Shown: positions 17,960-27,988 of the stretch, piece by piece | How positions within the stretch are numbered: position 1 is the first letter of the stretch | How the letters are laid out: the number at the start of each line of letters is the position of its first letter | NCBI GenBank assembly: GCA_016181265.1 | Contig: JACOZP010000008.1 | Location: forward strand, 20,156-84,155 | DNA: 64,000 nucleotides | Reading direction: 5' to 3' | Origin: Candidatus Woesearchaeota archaeon | Lineage (GTDB): Archaea > Nanobdellota > Nanobdellia > Woesearchaeales > GW2011-AR9 | Program-made: the position numbers and the translations under genes | The notes under the pieces: generated by a model | Databases searched by the model: none | What the model saw: only the letters and a program-made list of their open reading frames with translations | What the model was told of the DNA's origin: nothing

Positions 17960-19108
17960 GTGGTTAATTGGCGCTTCTGGGAGAAAAGTGAGAAGAAGGT
18001 TAAACGAGTTATTTCAAGTAAAGTAAAAAAAGGGATGACCATCCTCGCCAAAGAACATGTCGCTTTCCTCAAGCTGCGAGAAGATCTTCAACAATTAGTA
18101 GAAGATTTGCAGAAGCATATCAAAGATAAAGAATTGGGAGATGTAAGAATAGCTCTCCGAGATCTACGTTTTCTAGGAAGGGCTGAACGAAGGCTCAAAC
18201 CTACAGAGGAGGAGATCGAAGCAGCTTTAGAAACGCTTGTTACGAGAGTAAAATCACCTTCTGGTACGCTTGCGGAAGTTACCAAGCACATCGAGACCAT
18301 TAAAGAAGAATTAAAAGTGGAAGCAGGAAAGATTCTTACTGCAGCTTCACGTTATGAAGGAAAAATTCATGATTTATTGATTCAACTACAAGCTGAAGTA
18401 GCTGGAAGTAAAGAACAAGAAGCAAAAGAAACAATCGAAGAGATTGAAAAAATAATCGATGAAGTTGACCAGAAATGGATTCCTGCGCTTGCCGCTGATT
18501 TCAAAAGAGCACGAAGAATTGAAGAAAATTTTGTGCGAGAGAGCGGCGCTAAAGAGGCAGCGCAAAGTGCACTATCAGAAGGACGCTTCTCTGATGCTGC
18601 GCGACTATTCTTGGAAGCAGATCTATCAAAAAGAGCAATTAGTGCGTTAGATCGTAAGAGACCGGTTGATTTTACTCCTGAAGATTATGAACTTCTGAAA
18701 AGAGCGAGTGTTGCAGCAAGAGATGCTAATCGTGCAGGGGATGCAGTGATAATACAAGATGAAGCAGTGCTTCTCGATCTGATTTCCAAGCATGAGGTTG
18801 GAAAACTTGCTCAGCACCTTGATGCCCATTTAGTAAAGATGTACATCCGATGTGGGGATAAACTTCTTGCAGCTTGGGAGCGCCTCTTGGAGAGAATAGG
18901 ACGAGCACCATTTAACAGATTGAACAAAAAAGATAAAGAATGGTTACTCGGTTTTATTAATCAAAAGTTATTAAACTGGGAAGTTGCAGCAAGACATTAC
19001 GACAACGCCGGAGATTTTGCTTCATCGGTACTTTGTTGGGCGAAAACAAAGAATAAAGTACAACTAGAAAGAGCAAAAAGAGAATTACAAAAACAACGGG
19101 GAAAGTAA
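17960..19108 (+). CDS. hypothetical alpha-helical/coiled-coil protein
   Basis: 382-aa ORF with GTG start in the track; an in-frame ATG at 18035 is an alternative. Charged heptad-like sequence. No family recognised. Confidence 0.5.
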   Translation: MVNWRFWEKSEKKVKRVISSKVKKGMTILAKEHVAFLKLREDLQQLVEDLQKHIKDKELGDVRIALRDLRFLGRAERRLKPTEEEIEAALETLVTRVKSPSGTLAEVTKHIETIKEELKVEAGKILTAASRYEGKIHDLLIQLQAEVAGSKEQEAKETIEEIEKIIDEVDQKWIPALAADFKRARRIEENFVRESGAKEAAQSALSEGRFSDAARLFLEADLSKRAISALDRKRPVDFTPEDYELLKRASVAARDANRAGDAVIIQDEAVLLDLISKHEVGKLAQHLDAHLVKMYIRCGDKLLAAWERLLERIGRAPFNRLNKKDKEWLLGFINQKLLNWEVAARHYDNAGDFASSVLCWAKTKNKVQLERAKRELQKQRGK

Positions 19109-19117
19109 ATTAATTTC

Positions 19118-20404
19118 TCAAAATTTTCCTTTTGCCAATCTTTGGGATAACTTCTTTAGTTCTTTGGTGTAGGTATTTAGATCGGCAATCGGTCTTTGTG
19201 CGACACCTTCTTCCATCGCTGCTTTGGCAACTGCGGGAGCAACAACCGATAAGACTCGCGGGTCGAACGGTTTGGGGATGATATATTCCGAACCAAATGA
19301 GAAGTTTTTGCCATACGCCTTGATGACTTCTGCAGGAACTTTCCGATGAGCTAATGCAGCAAGTGCATGAACAGCAGCAAGTTTCATCTTTGTCGTAATT
19401 TTTGTGGCACGTACGTCGAGAGCAGCACGGAATAAGAAGGGAAAACATAACACATTATTCACTTGATTAGGATAATCAGATCTGCCCGTCGCCATAATAC
19501 AATCCGGGACTGCTTTCTTCGCTTCGTCGTAAGAGATCTCGGGGACGGGATTAGCCATGGCAAAGATAATCGGTTTTGGCTTCATCGTCTTTAGCATCTC
19601 ACCGTTTAGAATATTTCCTTGCGACACACCGATAAAGACATCAGCCCCGAGGAGAGCGTCAGCAAGTGTCTTTTGGGGGGTATCTTGCGCAAAAGCTGCT
19701 TTGTATCTGTTCTGTTCCTGACGTTGTTTGGTGACAATTCCTTGACTATCGACCAAGAAAATATTTTTTCTCGGCGCACCAAGTTCAAGAAGCAGGTTAG
19801 CAACAGCGATTGCCGCTGCTCCGGCGCCAGAGAAGACAACCTTACAGTCTTTGATCTTCCGAGAAGTGAATTCTAAAGCATTGAGAAGCGCAGCAGAAGC
19901 GATGACAGCCGTACCATGCTGATCATCGTGGAAAACAGGAATGTTCATCTTTTTAATCAATTCCTGCTCGACAAAAAAGCACTCCGGACCTTTGATATCT
20001 TCGAGGTTAATGCCACCAAATGTTGGTTCTAACGATGTAATGATCTCAACTAGTTTCTCGGGATCTTGTTCGTCGATCTCGATATCAAAGACATCGATGC
20101 CCGCAAAACGTTTGAACAAAACGCCTTTGCCTTCCATGACAGGTTTACCGGCAAGCGCGCCGATATTTCCGAGGCCGAGAACAGCAGTCCCATTACTAAT
20201 AACGGCAACGAGGTTGCCTTTGGAAGTATATTTGTAGGCATCTTCAGGATGATCTTTGATCTCCAGACAAGGTTGAGCCACGCCCGGAGTATAGGCCAGA
20301 GAAAGATCTGCTGCCGTCTTGCAAGGTTTGGTCGGGATTACTTTTACTTTTCCCGGCGTAGGCAGTTCATGAAATTGTAATGCTTCTCGTTTTTTATTTT
20401 CCAT
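19118..20404 (-). CDS. NAD(P)-dependent malic enzyme
   Basis: [15 protein letters not shown] and [10 protein letters not shown] motifs. About 430 aa prokaryotic short form. Confidence 0.9.
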   Translation of the reverse strand: MENKKREALQFHELPTPGKVKVIPTKPCKTAADLSLAYTPGVAQPCLEIKDHPEDAYKYTSKGNLVAVISNGTAVLGLGNIGALAGKPVMEGKGVLFKRFAGIDVFDIEIDEQDPEKLVEIITSLEPTFGGINLEDIKGPECFFVEQELIKKMNIPVFHDDQHGTAVIASAALLNALEFTSRKIKDCKVVFSGAGAAAIAVANLLLELGAPRKNIFLVDSQGIVTKQRQEQNRYKAAFAQDTPQKTLADALLGADVFIGVSQGNILNGEMLKTMKPKPIIFAMANPVPEISYDEAKKAVPDCIMATGRSDYPNQVNNVLCFPFLFRAALDVRATKITTKMKLAAVHALAALAHRKVPAEVIKAYGKNFSFGSEYIIPKPFDPRVLSVVAPAVAKAAMEEGVAQRPIADLNTYTKELKKLSQRLAKGKF

Positions 20405-20483
20405 CAGGAGAATGGGAGTGCTCTTCTATATAAGTGTTATGACAACTTTATAAGAAAAGAAGAAAAAGAGAAAATAAAAAAGA

Positions 20484-21779
20484 TTATTCAACGAACAATG
20501 TTCCTTTCATCCCACGCCATTCTTCACAACTGCTGCACGTGTACTCAAATGCACCAGCAGTATCAGCGACGACAGTAACTTTTGTCGGCCCTTTGATCTC
20601 TTGCTGGACACCTAATCCCGGTAAAGCAAACGTGAAGTCAACATTTTCCGGCTGGATGTTGAACACAATCGTAGACCCTTTCTTGACCGTAACAACAGGC
20701 GGATTAAAAAGCCAGCGTTTGGCATTAAGAGTTACCTCGACCGTCTGCGTCGAACTGACCGTTGTGGGTGTTTCGGACGGAGAAGCATCTACTGTTGTGG
20801 GTTTAGAATCTGTTGGTGGCACATCTTCAGACGGTGCTTCAGATGGTGCTGTTGTCGTTGGAGAAACAGCAGAGGGAGCACCTAAATTCAAAGAGGTATC
20901 CAATCCCTGCGGGAAAAATAATTTTCCATCCTTCGTCAAATACGAGTCCACAGTTTGACCAGCTACAGAAAGGGTAATCTGATAAAGATCACCTGCTTCG
21001 ACAGAGCTGACGACCTGTGCCACAAACGGAGCAGTCAACAGATTCTCGTTGACAAAACTCAGCGCTTTCGTTTCGGCTTCTTTTAATGTCAACTGTGGGC
21101 CAGCAGCAAGAACGGTCTTCTCAGAGAACTGAAACCCTTGTGTAAAGACGGAGAAAAGCAGCAAGATGATCGTAATACCCGTCAGCGCTTTCCACGTAGA
21201 AACATCTTTAAACAGACCGTTATCCGGTGAACTCTTTACTTCAGCAGAACTTTTGGCCTGAGCGGTATTTTTGAATTCTTTTCCTTTCTTTTCATCCGCC
21301 CAAGGATCGACGGGAGGAGCAGATTCAACGTACTTTGGTGTTTTGTCAGTTTTCGCCTCGGAAACCCTAGGTTCTACTGAGGGAGAATTCTTCTCCGAGT
21401 TTTTCTTTTCTGAAAGCTTCTCTTCTTTAACAGGAGCAGCTGATTTTACGGGAGTTATGACAATCTCGTCCATTAAAGCTTCTTCCTTCTTCTTGAGATC
21501 GGCTTTCGGTGATGCTTTCACGTCTACCTTTGACGAAACAGTCTTTAGCGGCTTTGTCTCTTTCAGCTTGCGCAGAGTCGGTTTTTCTTTCTTCTCTTTC
21601 TCCTCCTGACGAGAAGAGGAGTTCACGGCAGAAGCAAAGGGATTTCCTTTTCCACTGTTGACTTTTGCTTCTTTGGCATCGAGTTCGTCTAAGAAATCTT
21701 CATCGAGCACTTCTTCTTCAATGTACTCTTCGGCAAAGAAAGATTCATCCATCTCGTCTAATTGTTTTTGCTCCATCAT
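20484..21779 (-). CDS. membrane-anchored protein with acidic N-terminal region and C-terminal cupredoxin-like domain
   Basis: One TM (LTGITIILLLFSVF). Thr/Ser/Pro-rich linker. C-terminal VTVKKGSTIVFNI...FEYTCSSCEEWRGMKGTLFVE resembles EfeO-type cupredoxin-like domains. Confidence 0.65.
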   Translation of the reverse strand: MMEQKQLDEMDESFFAEEYIEEEVLDEDFLDELDAKEAKVNSGKGNPFASAVNSSSRQEEKEKKEKPTLRKLKETKPLKTVSSKVDVKASPKADLKKKEEALMDEIVITPVKSAAPVKEEKLSEKKNSEKNSPSVEPRVSEAKTDKTPKYVESAPPVDPWADEKKGKEFKNTAQAKSSAEVKSSPDNGLFKDVSTWKALTGITIILLLFSVFTQGFQFSEKTVLAAGPQLTLKEAETKALSFVNENLLTAPFVAQVVSSVEAGDLYQITLSVAGQTVDSYLTKDGKLFFPQGLDTSLNLGAPSAVSPTTTAPSEAPSEDVPPTDSKPTTVDASPSETPTTVSSTQTVEVTLNAKRWLFNPPVVTVKKGSTIVFNIQPENVDFTFALPGLGVQQEIKGPTKVTVVADTAGAFEYTCSSCEEWRGMKGTLFVE

Positions 21780-22068
21780 GCACCCCTGATGGAGAGATAT
21801 TGTTCTAAAAGAGATAAAAATCTAATCATACATCTCACCCTCACTTTTTATGAATTTTATACTTGCGAGAGATAATTTATAAAGATTTAGCTCTTTAAAT
21901 TTAGATTATTAAACAGTTATATGAAAATAACTAGGAAACCATTGACTTTGGTCAATGGAGAAATGATGCAATATCACTGGTTATTTTTACGATTTTCGGG
22001 CAATAGTCTAGTTCTACTTTAGAGTAGTCATAAAAGCTTAAGAACGTTTCTTCGTATTATAAAAAAGT

Positions 22069-22878
22069 ATGGAATTCAAAATAGAGCGAAAGGGAAATGA
22101 GAATTATCATAAATATCCTACGGATAATCTGAAAAAAGCACAAGAGTTTGCGAATGACCTCAAGAAAGAATTTGATACGTTTGTGTTAGCCATTGTTTTA
22201 TTTGGGAGTTCGGCACGACGTCAAGAGAAGCCGACGAGCGACATTGACGTATTGGTCGTGACTGATGATACTACTTTTATTATTACGGAACCGTTGATCG
22301 AAGCATACCGCCTTACGATTGAGAAATTAGTGCCAAAGATTTCTTTACAATTACATATTACGTCGATGACGTTCACGTCTTTTTGGGAACATGTGCGAGG
22401 TTCTGATCCGGTGACGGTGAATATTTTACGGGATGGCGTACCTCTCTTGGATGTCGGCTTCTTTACGCCACTGCAACAGTTATTGAAACAAGGAAGAATT
22501 AGACCTTCGGAAGAGAGTGTTTGGAGATATTATGGTCAAGCACCACGGACGCTGGTCAATTCCCGCTGGCATGTCTTGCAGGCAACCTTGGATTTATATT
22601 GGGCAGTGATTGATTCGGCACATGCAGCGTTGATGAGTAGGAATGAAGTGCCGCCGACGCCGGAACATGTGCCAGAAATGTTAGAACGAGTATTTGTCAA
22701 ACATCGTCTGTTGGAAAAGAATTATGTGGATACAATGCAAGAATTTTATAAGCTCAGTAAAATGATCACACATCGAGAACTGAGAGAAGTTAAAGGTCCG
22801 GAGTATGAAAAGTATTATCACCAAGCGGATGATTTTGTAAAACGGATGAAGAGACTGATTGAGGGAGGAAGATTGTGA
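22069..22878 (+). CDS. nucleotidyltransferase (MNT-type) fused to an all-alpha C-terminal domain
   Basis: VLFGSSARRQEKPTSDIDVLVV is the minimal-nucleotidyltransferase motif. The C-terminal ~150 aa are helical and HEPN-like in character, but no clean Rx4-6H motif is seen. Confidence 0.7.
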   Translation: MEFKIERKGNENYHKYPTDNLKKAQEFANDLKKEFDTFVLAIVLFGSSARRQEKPTSDIDVLVVTDDTTFIITEPLIEAYRLTIEKLVPKISLQLHITSMTFTSFWEHVRGSDPVTVNILRDGVPLLDVGFFTPLQQLLKQGRIRPSEESVWRYYGQAPRTLVNSRWHVLQATLDLYWAVIDSAHAALMSRNEVPPTPEHVPEMLERVFVKHRLLEKNYVDTMQEFYKLSKMITHRELREVKGPEYEKYYHQADDFVKRMKRLIEGGRL

Positions 22879-22934
22879 GATCAAATACATTTCAATCAAA
22901 ACCTTTAATAACCTTCTTTTGTTTCTAAACATTG

Positions 22935-24635
22935 ATGAAAGATATTGTGAGAAAGTACGTTCTGAAGAATGCTGCTGAATTTGGCGGTAAAGCAAATCCG
23001 GGGGTCATTCTTGGTCTTGTGTTACGAGAGAAACCAGAATTGAAGGAGGATGTGCCGAGATTAAGGAAAGAGATTGATATTCTTTGCATGGAAGTAGCAA
23101 AGCTACCACTAGAACAGATCAAAGAAGAATTGGAAAAAGTTGCAGGAGATCTTCCAGTAGAAGAGAAAAAAGAAACAGTAGAAGGTCCTCTTAAACCACT
23201 GCCCAAAGCAGTGAAAGGAAAAGTTGTCGTCAGAATGGCGCCTTCCCCGAGTGGGCCGTTGCATATTGGTCATGCTTATGGAGTCTCATTGAATTCAGAA
23301 TATGCCAAGATGTATGGGGGAAAATTAATTCTGCGGATTGAAGATACGAATCCGGAAAATATTTACCCCGCAGCTTACAAATTGATTCCGGAAGATGCGC
23401 AATGGCTTACTGATAGGAATGTACGAGAAATGTACGTGCAATCGTCACGCTTGGGAATGTATTATGATTATGCTGAACAATTAGTACGTCAAGGAAAAGT
23501 CTATCTCTGCACGTGTGACGCAGACAAGTGGCGGGAAATGAAAAGCAAAGGAGATGCGTGCGCTTGTCGCTCTCTCCCCATAGAAGAGAATCAAGAACGG
23601 TTTGCAAAAATGTTCAGCAGTTATGCGGAAGGAGAAGTGGTGGCCCGGTTGAAGACGGACATCAAACACAAAAATCCCGCGTTACGTGATTTTGCGATCA
23701 TGCGTATTGTGGAACACGTCCATCCTAAGACGGGGAAAGAGCAACGGGTTTGGCCATTGATGGTGTTTTCCGTAGCGATAGATGACCATGAGATGGGCAT
23801 TACGCATGTCTTGAATGGTAAAGATCACATGGATAATGCGATGAAAGAACGGATGATCATGGACTGTTTTGGTTGGAGTTATCCGGAGTATAAACATTGG
23901 GGAATGATCAGCTTCATCGGTTTTGACCTGAGCACGTCGAAGACGCGAAGAGCAATTGAGCAGAAAGAGTATGTGGGTTGGGATGATATTCGACTGCCAT
24001 TCATGCCGGCATTGCGAAGACGAGGGTATCAGGCAGCAGCGTTCAGGAAATATGCTATGGAGATGGGTTTAAGTCAGAATGACAAGACGGTGTCTTTGGA
24101 AGAGTTCTGGAAGAACATCAATGCGTTCAATCGGGAGATCATCGAGCCGAAGGCAAACCGCTATTTCTGTGTAGAGAAGCCGATTGCCGTGACAATCACT
24201 GGCGCGCCGAAGAAGAGAGTTCTGTTTGATTTACACCCTTCCTTTCCAAAAAGAGGACAACGGGAATTTAATACGACGGGAGAAGTGTACATCGCCGAGA
24301 ATGATTATAATCTTCTCACGGAAGGGGTTATCCACCGCCTGATGGATTATTGTAATTTCCAGATCAAAAAAGGGAAATGGGTATTTGTTTCGGAAGAGTA
24401 TGAAGATTATAAAAATGCAGAACACCGCGGGATGATTATCCACTGGCTGCCGATGCAGCGCCACCCAGCACGGATTACGGTGATGCTGGAAGATGGGACA
24501 ACAGCACAAGGGTTGGGAGAAGAGCAGATGACAACGCTAAAAGTAGGGGATATTGTCCAGTTAGAACGCATGTTTTTTGCCAGAGTAGATGAGGTAGAAG
24601 AAGATATGATCACATTATGGTATTTACATCGATAG
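22935..24635 (+). CDS. gltX: glutamyl-tRNA synthetase, archaeal/eukaryal type
   Basis: RMAPSPSGPLHIGHA (HIGH) and LSTSKTRR (KMSKS-like). Length about 566 aa. ATG at 22935 directly follows the TTG used by the track. Confidence 0.9.
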   Translation: MKDIVRKYVLKNAAEFGGKANPGVILGLVLREKPELKEDVPRLRKEIDILCMEVAKLPLEQIKEELEKVAGDLPVEEKKETVEGPLKPLPKAVKGKVVVRMAPSPSGPLHIGHAYGVSLNSEYAKMYGGKLILRIEDTNPENIYPAAYKLIPEDAQWLTDRNVREMYVQSSRLGMYYDYAEQLVRQGKVYLCTCDADKWREMKSKGDACACRSLPIEENQERFAKMFSSYAEGEVVARLKTDIKHKNPALRDFAIMRIVEHVHPKTGKEQRVWPLMVFSVAIDDHEMGITHVLNGKDHMDNAMKERMIMDCFGWSYPEYKHWGMISFIGFDLSTSKTRRAIEQKEYVGWDDIRLPFMPALRRRGYQAAAFRKYAMEMGLSQNDKTVSLEEFWKNINAFNREIIEPKANRYFCVEKPIAVTITGAPKKRVLFDLHPSFPKRGQREFNTTGEVYIAENDYNLLTEGVIHRLMDYCNFQIKKGKWVFVSEEYEDYKNAEHRGMIIHWLPMQRHPARITVMLEDGTTAQGLGEEQMTTLKVGDIVQLERMFFARVDEVEEDMITLWYLHR

Positions 24636-24680
24636 ACTAGAGAGGACGATAACAGAATAACAAAAAAGGAGTGATAGATA

Positions 24681-25166
24681 ATGCCAACAATTTCCAGGGA
24701 TACACCATTAGCAGAGATTACTTTACGCCGGTATGAAAAACCGACGATGAGTGAACGAGAGTTAGTACGAAAGTTCTGTCTTTCCGTAGGGTTATTACAG
24801 CCCGGAGACTCACGTGATGTAGTTGTTGATGTGCTTCACGTCTTGTTAAAAGCAAAAACACGCAAAGAAGAATTACACTCTGAAGAGATCAAAAACAAAG
24901 TGATGGAAGAGCGAAAAGCTACCGGGTTGCCGATGTTGGGCATAGCGTCTTCAAATATAAGAAGACAATTGAAACGAATCAAAGATCTGCACTTAATTGA
25001 AACGAACGCCAATCTCTATCGCATTACAGAGTGGGCAAATGTTTCTGAGCTGTTTGAAGAAAAAGTAGAGAATTTTATCCTCAATTCCGTGATGAGCAGA
25101 GTGAAGGAGTATGTTAAACGGATTGATGAAGAGTTTATGCATAAAGAGGATAGTGAAGAGAATTAA
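24681..25166 (+). CDS. conserved archaeal putative DNA-binding protein
   Basis: 161-aa ORF. ITLRRYEKPTMSERELVRKFCLSVGLLQPGDSRDVVVDVL looks wHTH-like. No specific family assigned. Confidence 0.5.
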   Translation: MPTISRDTPLAEITLRRYEKPTMSERELVRKFCLSVGLLQPGDSRDVVVDVLHVLLKAKTRKEELHSEEIKNKVMEERKATGLPMLGIASSNIRRQLKRIKDLHLIETNANLYRITEWANVSELFEEKVENFILNSVMSRVKEYVKRIDEEFMHKEDSEEN

Positions 25167-25238
25167 TGATTTTTGTATTTGAATATCTATGTTAATGTCT
25201 CTAAATCAATAAAAACACTCTTTCTTTAATTCGGGACT

Positions 25239-26552
25239 ATGCGCAATTCAGTAGGAGTAATTGATTGTTTTGATGGTGACGGGGGAAAAGGCAAATTAGT
25301 AGATTTTTTTGTTTCTCTCGCTGCGGAACAGCTACGACGAGAGGGCTCATTTGTTCCTCCAGAACAGAAGCCGATTGTTGTACGCCGGTATCAAGGAGGA
25401 GCGAATGCAGGCCACACTATCGTAAGTGATACGGGCACAGCCTACAAGCTTCATCAAGTTCCAAGTGGAATCCTCACAGCTGAGACTTATAATCTTGCGG
25501 GAAAGGGAATGTATCTTAACCCGCGCAAGTTGATGAAAGAGGTATTGATGCTTCAAGCAGGAGGTGTTGACGTTTCTCCGGATAATTTTGGTATTGCCGC
25601 AAATGCACATGTAACTTTTGATTATCACATACTCGACGACCAAGCAGCATTTACCCTAGCAAAACATACATCAACTGGCAGCGGGATAAAGCAGACTGCG
25701 GTAGATAAATATGGGAGAGTAGGACTGCGCTTTATTGAATTTCTTGATCCAGAGTTGATGACAGAGATTTTGAGACAGAAACGGTTCCCCAGAGGAATGC
25801 CAAAGAAATATGGGACATCTATTGACCGGCTGGTAGAGAGCTATGATGCTGAACGTCAAATTCTTGCGCCGTATGCCGTGATGGAGCATGAGATGATGAA
25901 GAAACACGGGATGATCTTAAGTTTAGACGAAGGTGCAAATGGGGTGGGGTTAGATATTGATGACGGGTTATATGATGGTATTACTTCTTCCCATCCGGCA
26001 CGTGTCCCACGAGAGACAAATTTGGTTGTGGGAGTATTAAAACTCTATAAGAGTAGTGTAGGTACAGGGAATCGGCCTTTTGTTACACGCATATCCGATC
26101 AACGATTGGAAGCTTCTTTACGTGATGCAGCAGGAGAACGTGGAACGACGACTGGTAAGGATCGTGAATTGGGATGGTTTGATATTCCCGCTGCACGGTA
26201 TGCAATTGAGGTTGCGGATGTAGATCATATTGTTGGCACACGTGGTGATAGCATGGAAGTTTTTGCACGTGTGGGTGCGAAACCAAAGATCTGTGTGGCG
26301 TATGATATTGGTGGAAAAAAATATGATGCGTGGGATATTTCATTTTTACGAAGAGATACGTTGCGTAAAGCAACACCAGTTCTAGAAGAATTTGAGCCGT
26401 GGGAAAAATTTGTCGAGGAAGATGGGATTACTCTTTCACAAAATGCAGCTGTCTATCTCCGACGGGTAGAACAACTTCTTGGAAAACAATTTAGTATGTT
26501 AGGCACCGGACCAAGAAGGAAAGATATGATTGTGTACGATGAGATAATCTGA
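25239..26552 (+). CDS. purA: adenylosuccinate synthetase (divergent)
   Basis: GDGGKGKLVDF (P-loop GDEGKGK variant), GGANAGHT and TTTGKDRELGWFD motifs. Confidence 0.85.
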   Translation: MRNSVGVIDCFDGDGGKGKLVDFFVSLAAEQLRREGSFVPPEQKPIVVRRYQGGANAGHTIVSDTGTAYKLHQVPSGILTAETYNLAGKGMYLNPRKLMKEVLMLQAGGVDVSPDNFGIAANAHVTFDYHILDDQAAFTLAKHTSTGSGIKQTAVDKYGRVGLRFIEFLDPELMTEILRQKRFPRGMPKKYGTSIDRLVESYDAERQILAPYAVMEHEMMKKHGMILSLDEGANGVGLDIDDGLYDGITSSHPARVPRETNLVVGVLKLYKSSVGTGNRPFVTRISDQRLEASLRDAAGERGTTTGKDRELGWFDIPAARYAIEVADVDHIVGTRGDSMEVFARVGAKPKICVAYDIGGKKYDAWDISFLRRDTLRKATPVLEEFEPWEKFVEEDGITLSQNAAVYLRRVEQLLGKQFSMLGTGPRRKDMIVYDEII

Positions 26553-26603
26553 TTGTGATCAACAAGTTTAATAAACTAGCTACAATCTTCATCTTTTGGG
26601 AAA

Positions 26604-26909
26604 ATGCTGATGTTTAAAGAGCTTACAAAGAAATTTTCTAAACGAATGACTCTTCGGGGGAATAAAATTCAAGGATTTTATGCTGAGCAGACATACGCGA
26701 CATCGAGGAGATTGCAGGGATACGAAGTTAAGAGAACAGGCAAAGGTCATGATTTTGTTGAAAGAAAAGTAGATTTCCGGACTGGTAAAAAAGGACCAGA
26801 AACTTATGTAGAAATCAAATCCAGTAAAGGCGCATGTCTCTCAAAATTACAAAAGAAAACTATGAAAGAAAAATCAAATTATAGAGTAGAAAGAAGAGGC
26901 TTCTTCTGA
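26604..26909 (+). CDS. small PD-(D/E)XK-fold nuclease-like protein (Hjc-like)
   Basis: 101 aa. GYEVKRTGKGHDFVERK...TYVEIKSSKGACLSKLQKK fits a D...(D/E)xK core with the Hjc-like G-x-V-x-R lead-in. Weak by-eye assignment. Confidence 0.45.
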   Translation: MLMFKELTKKFSKRMTLRGNKIQGFYAEQTYATSRRLQGYEVKRTGKGHDFVERKVDFRTGKKGPETYVEIKSSKGACLSKLQKKTMKEKSNYRVERRGFF

Positions 26910-26912
26910 GCT

Positions 26913-27176
26913 CTAAATAATATCTTCTTCTGCAACAACGATAAAGTCACCGGTCGCAATAACAGCAGAGAAAGGAATCAGGATCTGCCCTTCTTTGGTC
27001 TTTTCTAATTCCATCTTGTCAGTGTAGGAAGTTGGATTCTTGAGAAGAATGTGAATTAACTCACCCGAACCAATCTCAAAAATAAGATCAGCTACTTCTC
27101 CGAATTTTTTCCCGGATTTAGAAACAATTGTTTTCCCTACTAATTCCCGTGAATATAATTTGTCTTTTTCAACCAT
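26913..27176 (-). CDS. PRC-barrel domain protein
   Basis: 87 aa. LVGKTIVSKSGKKFGEVADLIFEIGSGELIHILL...IPFSAVIATGDFIVV matches the PRC-barrel pattern. Confidence 0.75.
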   Translation of the reverse strand: MVEKDKLYSRELVGKTIVSKSGKKFGEVADLIFEIGSGELIHILLKNPTSYTDKMELEKTKEGQILIPFSAVIATGDFIVVAEEDII

Positions 27177-27218
27177 GCTGCCTCACCCTCATTTTCAACC
27201 TAATAATCGTTATATCCC

Positions 27219-27974
27219 GTGCTGGTTCATCTTGGGCCATTGGAGATACGATGGTACGGGATAGTGTATGTCTTAGGATTCTTCCTAGCAGTCTGGTGGA
27301 TGCAGCAGGCACGCAGGAAAGAAAAATTGCCTCTTTCTTCGGAAGAGATCTGGGATTTCATCTTTTATTTGATGATCGGAGTGTTGGTCGGAGCACGCCT
27401 ATTTATGCTTTTTTGGCAGCCCGAGATTTATTTTTCTCATCCGCTGAATCTCTTCAAGATTTGGGAAGGAGGGATGAGTTTTCACGGCGCACTGGTGGGT
27501 GTGATTGTAGCTGGCTGGTGGTTCTGCCGCAAGAAGAAGCTTGATTTTTGGACTGTGGCGGATATTGTCTGTGTCCCGGCGATGTTCGCATTGGCATTAG
27601 GAAGGATCGCTAATTTTATCAATGGGGAACTGGTCGGAAGGATCTGGAATGGGAGAGGGTGTGTCGTCTTCCCGGCATATGGAGATGAATGTAGGCATCC
27701 AAATATGATCTATGCGTTTTTCCAAAGGATGGCCGTTTTTGGTTGGTTAGTATGGCTAAGCTATCGGAATAAGTTCAAACCAGGCTTCATCTTCTGGAAT
27801 TTTGTCTTTCTAGAAGGTTTAGGAAGGATCATTGTTGATTTTTTTCGAGAGGACTCATTATATTGGGGATTTAGTCTTGGACAATGGTTTAGTTTAGTGA
27901 TGGTCCTTGTCGCAATATGGTTCTTTAGGAAAAGACACAGAGAGGATTTGAAGAAAATCTTTCAAAGAATATGA
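27219..27974 (+). CDS. lgt: prolipoprotein diacylglyceryl transferase (Lgt)
   Basis: LGPLEIRWYGIVYVLGF, FKIWEGGMSFHGALVGVIV, LGRIANFINGELVGR, HPNMIYA and GRIIVDFFRED align collinearly with the conserved blocks of bacterial Lgt. GTG start. Confidence 0.9.
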   Translation: MLVHLGPLEIRWYGIVYVLGFFLAVWWMQQARRKEKLPLSSEEIWDFIFYLMIGVLVGARLFMLFWQPEIYFSHPLNLFKIWEGGMSFHGALVGVIVAGWWFCRKKKLDFWTVADIVCVPAMFALALGRIANFINGELVGRIWNGRGCVVFPAYGDECRHPNMIYAFFQRMAVFGWLVWLSYRNKFKPGFIFWNFVFLEGLGRIIVDFFREDSLYWGFSLGQWFSLVMVLVAIWFFRKRHREDLKKIFQRI

Positions 27975-27988
27975 ATGGAGGGATATAC

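Noticed and set aside
21780-22068. Possible small RNA (C/D box) in the 290-bp AT-rich divergent intergenic region
   Set aside because: An ATGATGC (box C-like) and the hairpin CCATTGAC-TTTG-GTCAATGG are present, but there is no CTGA box D at a suitable distance and no terminal stem. This is more simply two divergent promoters.
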